Made by a program: the position numbers and the translations under genes
NCBI GenBank assembly: GCA_014804755.1
Contig: JAAUZE010000008.1
Span: forward strand, 100,109 to 164,108
Origin: Lachnospiraceae bacterium
Lineage (GTDB): Bacteria > Bacillota > Clostridia > Lachnospirales > Lachnospiraceae
Direction of reading: 5' to 3'
DNA: 64,000 bases
Part shown: in pieces, positions 62,084 through 64,000 of the stretch
Layout of the letters: each line of letters starts with the position of its first letter
Numbering within the stretch: position 1 is the first letter of the stretch
Notes under the pieces: model-generated
The model's database searches: none
Seen by the model: the letters and a program-made list of their open reading frames with translations, nothing else
What the model was told of the DNA's origin: nothing

Positions 62084-63349
62084 ATGACGAAACTGCGGTA
62101 TTGGCTTTTCTGTTATCTGGCGGTCATGCTTTTGCTTTTACTGTTCATCGGATACGGTTTTGAGCGGACGGATGCGGAAGGCAGAGACATGGTTTTTTAT
62201 CATGAGCAGCGCACATTGGCACAGCAGGCGCTGAGGCGGGGGGAGAACCGGGAGCGCGTGGAACGGGAATACGGCTGCCGGATTCTTCTTTTTTCTGATG
62301 AGGATTATGAGATTGCGCTTGGCAGCGCATACCAAAGTGAGGCGCTCATCATGGATTTGATGTGGGAACAAGAGCCGGAGACAGTCCGGCAGGATGGGGA
62401 GTGCGCCGGCAAGATCGTTTGGAATGTGTCTGAACAACGTTATCGGAGCATGGAGCGGATATTATACAGGCGCATGCTGATCATGTGGGGGATTCTTTTG
62501 GCTGGCGGTCTGCTGCTATTCGGTTTTTTCTATGTGCGCTTTATCCGTCCGTTTACGCAATTGCAGACATTTGCGAGGCAGATCGCAAAGGGGAATCTCG
62601 ATTTTCCGCTGCCGATGCGGAAACGCCAGTATTTCGGCGCATTTACGGAAAGCTTTGACCTGATGCGCGAGGAGCTGAAGCGGGCGAAGGAGAGCGAGTA
62701 TCAGGCGAACCGAAGTAAAAGGGAGCTGGTCGCGGAGCTGTCGCACGATATTAAGACGCCGATCGCCACGATCCGGGCAACCTGCGAGGTATTGCAGGTT
62801 AAGGAACAGAATCCCGATACAAAGGCAAAGGTTGCGGTCATTCATGCGAAGGCGGGTATGGTGGATGCGCTGGCGAACAATCTGTTTCAGGCAAGCTTAG
62901 AGGAGCTGGAGGTTCTGAAAGTGGAACCGGCGGAGGAGCAGTCCCCGTGTATCCGCGAGATGTTTGAAGAGTTACAGGATTACAGCGAGATTCGTATAGA
63001 GGGGGATGTGCCGCACTGCCTTGTGTGGATGGACAGGCTCAGGCTTCGTCAGGTCATTGATAATGTTGTCAGCAATTCGTGGAAATATGCGGGTACGCCC
63101 GTGACAGTTACTTTTTTTGAGACGGATCAAAGGCTCGGAATGCGGATCCGGGACGAGGGTGCGGGCGTGGAGACGGACGAGCTTGTCCTGCTCGGCGAGA
63201 AATTTTACCGGGGAAGCAACGCGAAGGGAAAGAGCGGTTCGGGACTCGGGCTGTATCTGGCAAAGCTGTTTATGGAGCGGATGTACGGAGAAATTCATTT
63301 TTGGCAGGAGGGAGGCTTTGTTGTGGAGCTTTCCCTGAAAAAAGTATAA
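62084..63349 (+). CDS. Sensor histidine kinase (TM, HAMP, HisKA, HATPase_c)
   Basis: The H-box is LSHDIKTPIATIRA, the N-box DNVVSNSWKY, and the G-box GSGLGLYLAK. Confidence 0.85.
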   Translation: MTKLRYWLFCYLAVMLLLLLFIGYGFERTDAEGRDMVFYHEQRTLAQQALRRGENRERVEREYGCRILLFSDEDYEIALGSAYQSEALIMDLMWEQEPETVRQDGECAGKIVWNVSEQRYRSMERILYRRMLIMWGILLAGGLLLFGFFYVRFIRPFTQLQTFARQIAKGNLDFPLPMRKRQYFGAFTESFDLMREELKRAKESEYQANRSKRELVAELSHDIKTPIATIRATCEVLQVKEQNPDTKAKVAVIHAKAGMVDALANNLFQASLEELEVLKVEPAEEQSPCIREMFEELQDYSEIRIEGDVPHCLVWMDRLRLRQVIDNVVSNSWKYAGTPVTVTFFETDQRLGMRIRDEGAGVETDELVLLGEKFYRGSNAKGKSGSGLGLYLAKLFMERMYGEIHFWQEGGFVVELSLKKV

Positions 63350-63358
63350 AAGACAAAA

Positions 63359-63400
63359 GAAACAGCATCGAAGCCATAAACGGTTTCGATGCTGTTTTTA
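63359..63400 (+). terminator. Rho-independent terminator
   Basis: AACAGCATCGAA, a 12-nt loop, then TTCGATGCTGTT followed by TTTA. Confidence 0.75.
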
Positions 63401-63507
63401 GGCCCGGATGAATAGTCTTGCCATTCCTTCGATAAAGGAATTTTCGTAAAAGGCCGCACATTCCGCATGGCGAAAACGTTATACATGATGAGAGGAGGTT
63501 ATAAGCG

Positions 63508-63957
63508 GTGAATGATCTGGCTGACATTTATGATAAAATATACCGTTTTTGCTTTTATAAAGTGAGAAATTCCTTTGTCGCCGAAGACATCACGCAGGAA
63601 ACCTTTCTCAAATATTTCGGGCAGCAGTCCAAAATACGTCGCGGTCAGGATATGGCTTATCTGTACACGATCGCCAAGAACCTGTGTGTCGATCACTTCC
63701 GGCGAAAGCAGGCTTTGGGATTGACCGAAGATTACCCTGCGGAGGATTTCGCGGAGCAGAGAGAAATCAAGGTAGCTGTCCGAGGCGCGCTCGAAAAGCT
63801 TGACGAGCGGCAGCGCGAGATCATTGTTTTACGATATATCGGCGAGTTGTCAGTGAACGAAACCGCATGCGCGGCGGGAATTTCAAGATTCGCGGTATAT
63901 CGTCTTGAGAAAGCTGCCTTGAAAGAATTGAAAAAACTGATGGAGGGAGTGTTGTAG
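63508..63957 (+). CDS. ECF-type sigma-70 family RNA polymerase sigma factor
   Basis: Region 2 is EDITQETFLKYF...AYLYTIAKNLCVDHFR. Region 4 is REIIVLRYIGELSVNETACAAGISRFAVYRLEKAALKEL. GTG start with a GAGGAGG RBS. Confidence 0.8.
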   Translation: MNDLADIYDKIYRFCFYKVRNSFVAEDITQETFLKYFGQQSKIRRGQDMAYLYTIAKNLCVDHFRRKQALGLTEDYPAEDFAEQREIKVAVRGALEKLDERQREIIVLRYIGELSVNETACAAGISRFAVYRLEKAALKELKKLMEGVL

Positions 63958-63959
63958 TA

Positions 63960-64000
63960 TGAAAATCAGGGAGGCTCTGCGAGGCGCTTTTACACCGCCC
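63960..64000 (+). CDS. 5' end of an ORF running off the window (possible anti-sigma factor by position)
   Basis: The ATG lies 2 nt after the sigma-factor stop. Only 13 codons are visible. Confidence 0.25.

Noticed and set aside
1-64000. Search for CRISPR arrays, rRNA genes and complete insertion sequences or transposases
   Set aside because: No regularly spaced direct repeats, no rRNA-like sequence and no transposase-length ORF with recognisable motifs were seen. The only repeats found are the 67-bp inverted-repeat pair, the 70-bp direct-repeat pair and short operator-like palindromes.

Overview
This 64-kb window looks like a Clostridia/Lachnospiraceae-type Firmicutes chromosome. That placement is an inference from GGAGG-type ribosome-binding sites, tightly packed co-directional operons, and a mid-GC backbone broken by visibly AT-rich patches. 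All protein calls come from motif recognition in the supplied ORF translations. No database search was possible.

Gene content, left to right:
- 1-7 kb: a wall-polysaccharide or teichoic-acid-like cluster with a cytidylyltransferase, an SDR (short-chain dehydrogenase/reductase family enzyme), two paralogous GT2 glycosyltransferases and one GT4.
- 7-17.5 kb: an MFS transporter, a 5'-3' exonuclease, methyltransferases, an AAA/DUF4143 ATPase, a DinJ-type antitoxin/YoeB toxin-antitoxin pair, a MerR regulator and a GNAT acetyltransferase.
- 17.7-20.8 kb: a tyrosine recombinase followed by an AT-rich two-gene cassette (P-loop protein and TIR-domain protein). The cassette is bracketed by perfect 67-bp inverted repeats.
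- 21-27 kb: small accessory enzymes (GNATs, HAD hydrolase, P-loop protein, phosphatase, DHFR-like protein).
- 27-32.6 kb: two WYL-domain regulators divergent from rtcB, then a 582-nt ORF-free structured region containing a circularly permuted tRNA-like module, then an SPFH-domain protein.
- 32.7-42 kb: more small-molecule-modifying enzymes, including an AAC(6')-I-like acetyltransferase, an orphan promoter-plus-terminator small-RNA candidate, and a YafY/WYL regulator.
- 42-47 kb: an SRAP (SOS response-associated peptidase) gene and a Y-family polymerase gene, split by a 2.7-kb AT-rich island flanked by about 70-bp direct repeats. The island carries a DUF3800 gene and a RelE/ParE toxin-antitoxin pair.
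- 47-64 kb: an EAL phosphodiesterase, tmk, a bactofilin plus degenerate M23 peptidase pair, a sugar ABC transporter interrupted by an FRG-domain gene, an ABC-F ATPase, a two-component system and an ECF sigma factor.

Best candidates for new biology:
1. The recombinase-linked invertible TIR/P-loop cassette.
2. The locus combining the WYL pair, RtcB and the tRNA-mimic RNA.

No rRNA gene, canonical tRNA gene or CRISPR array was seen.
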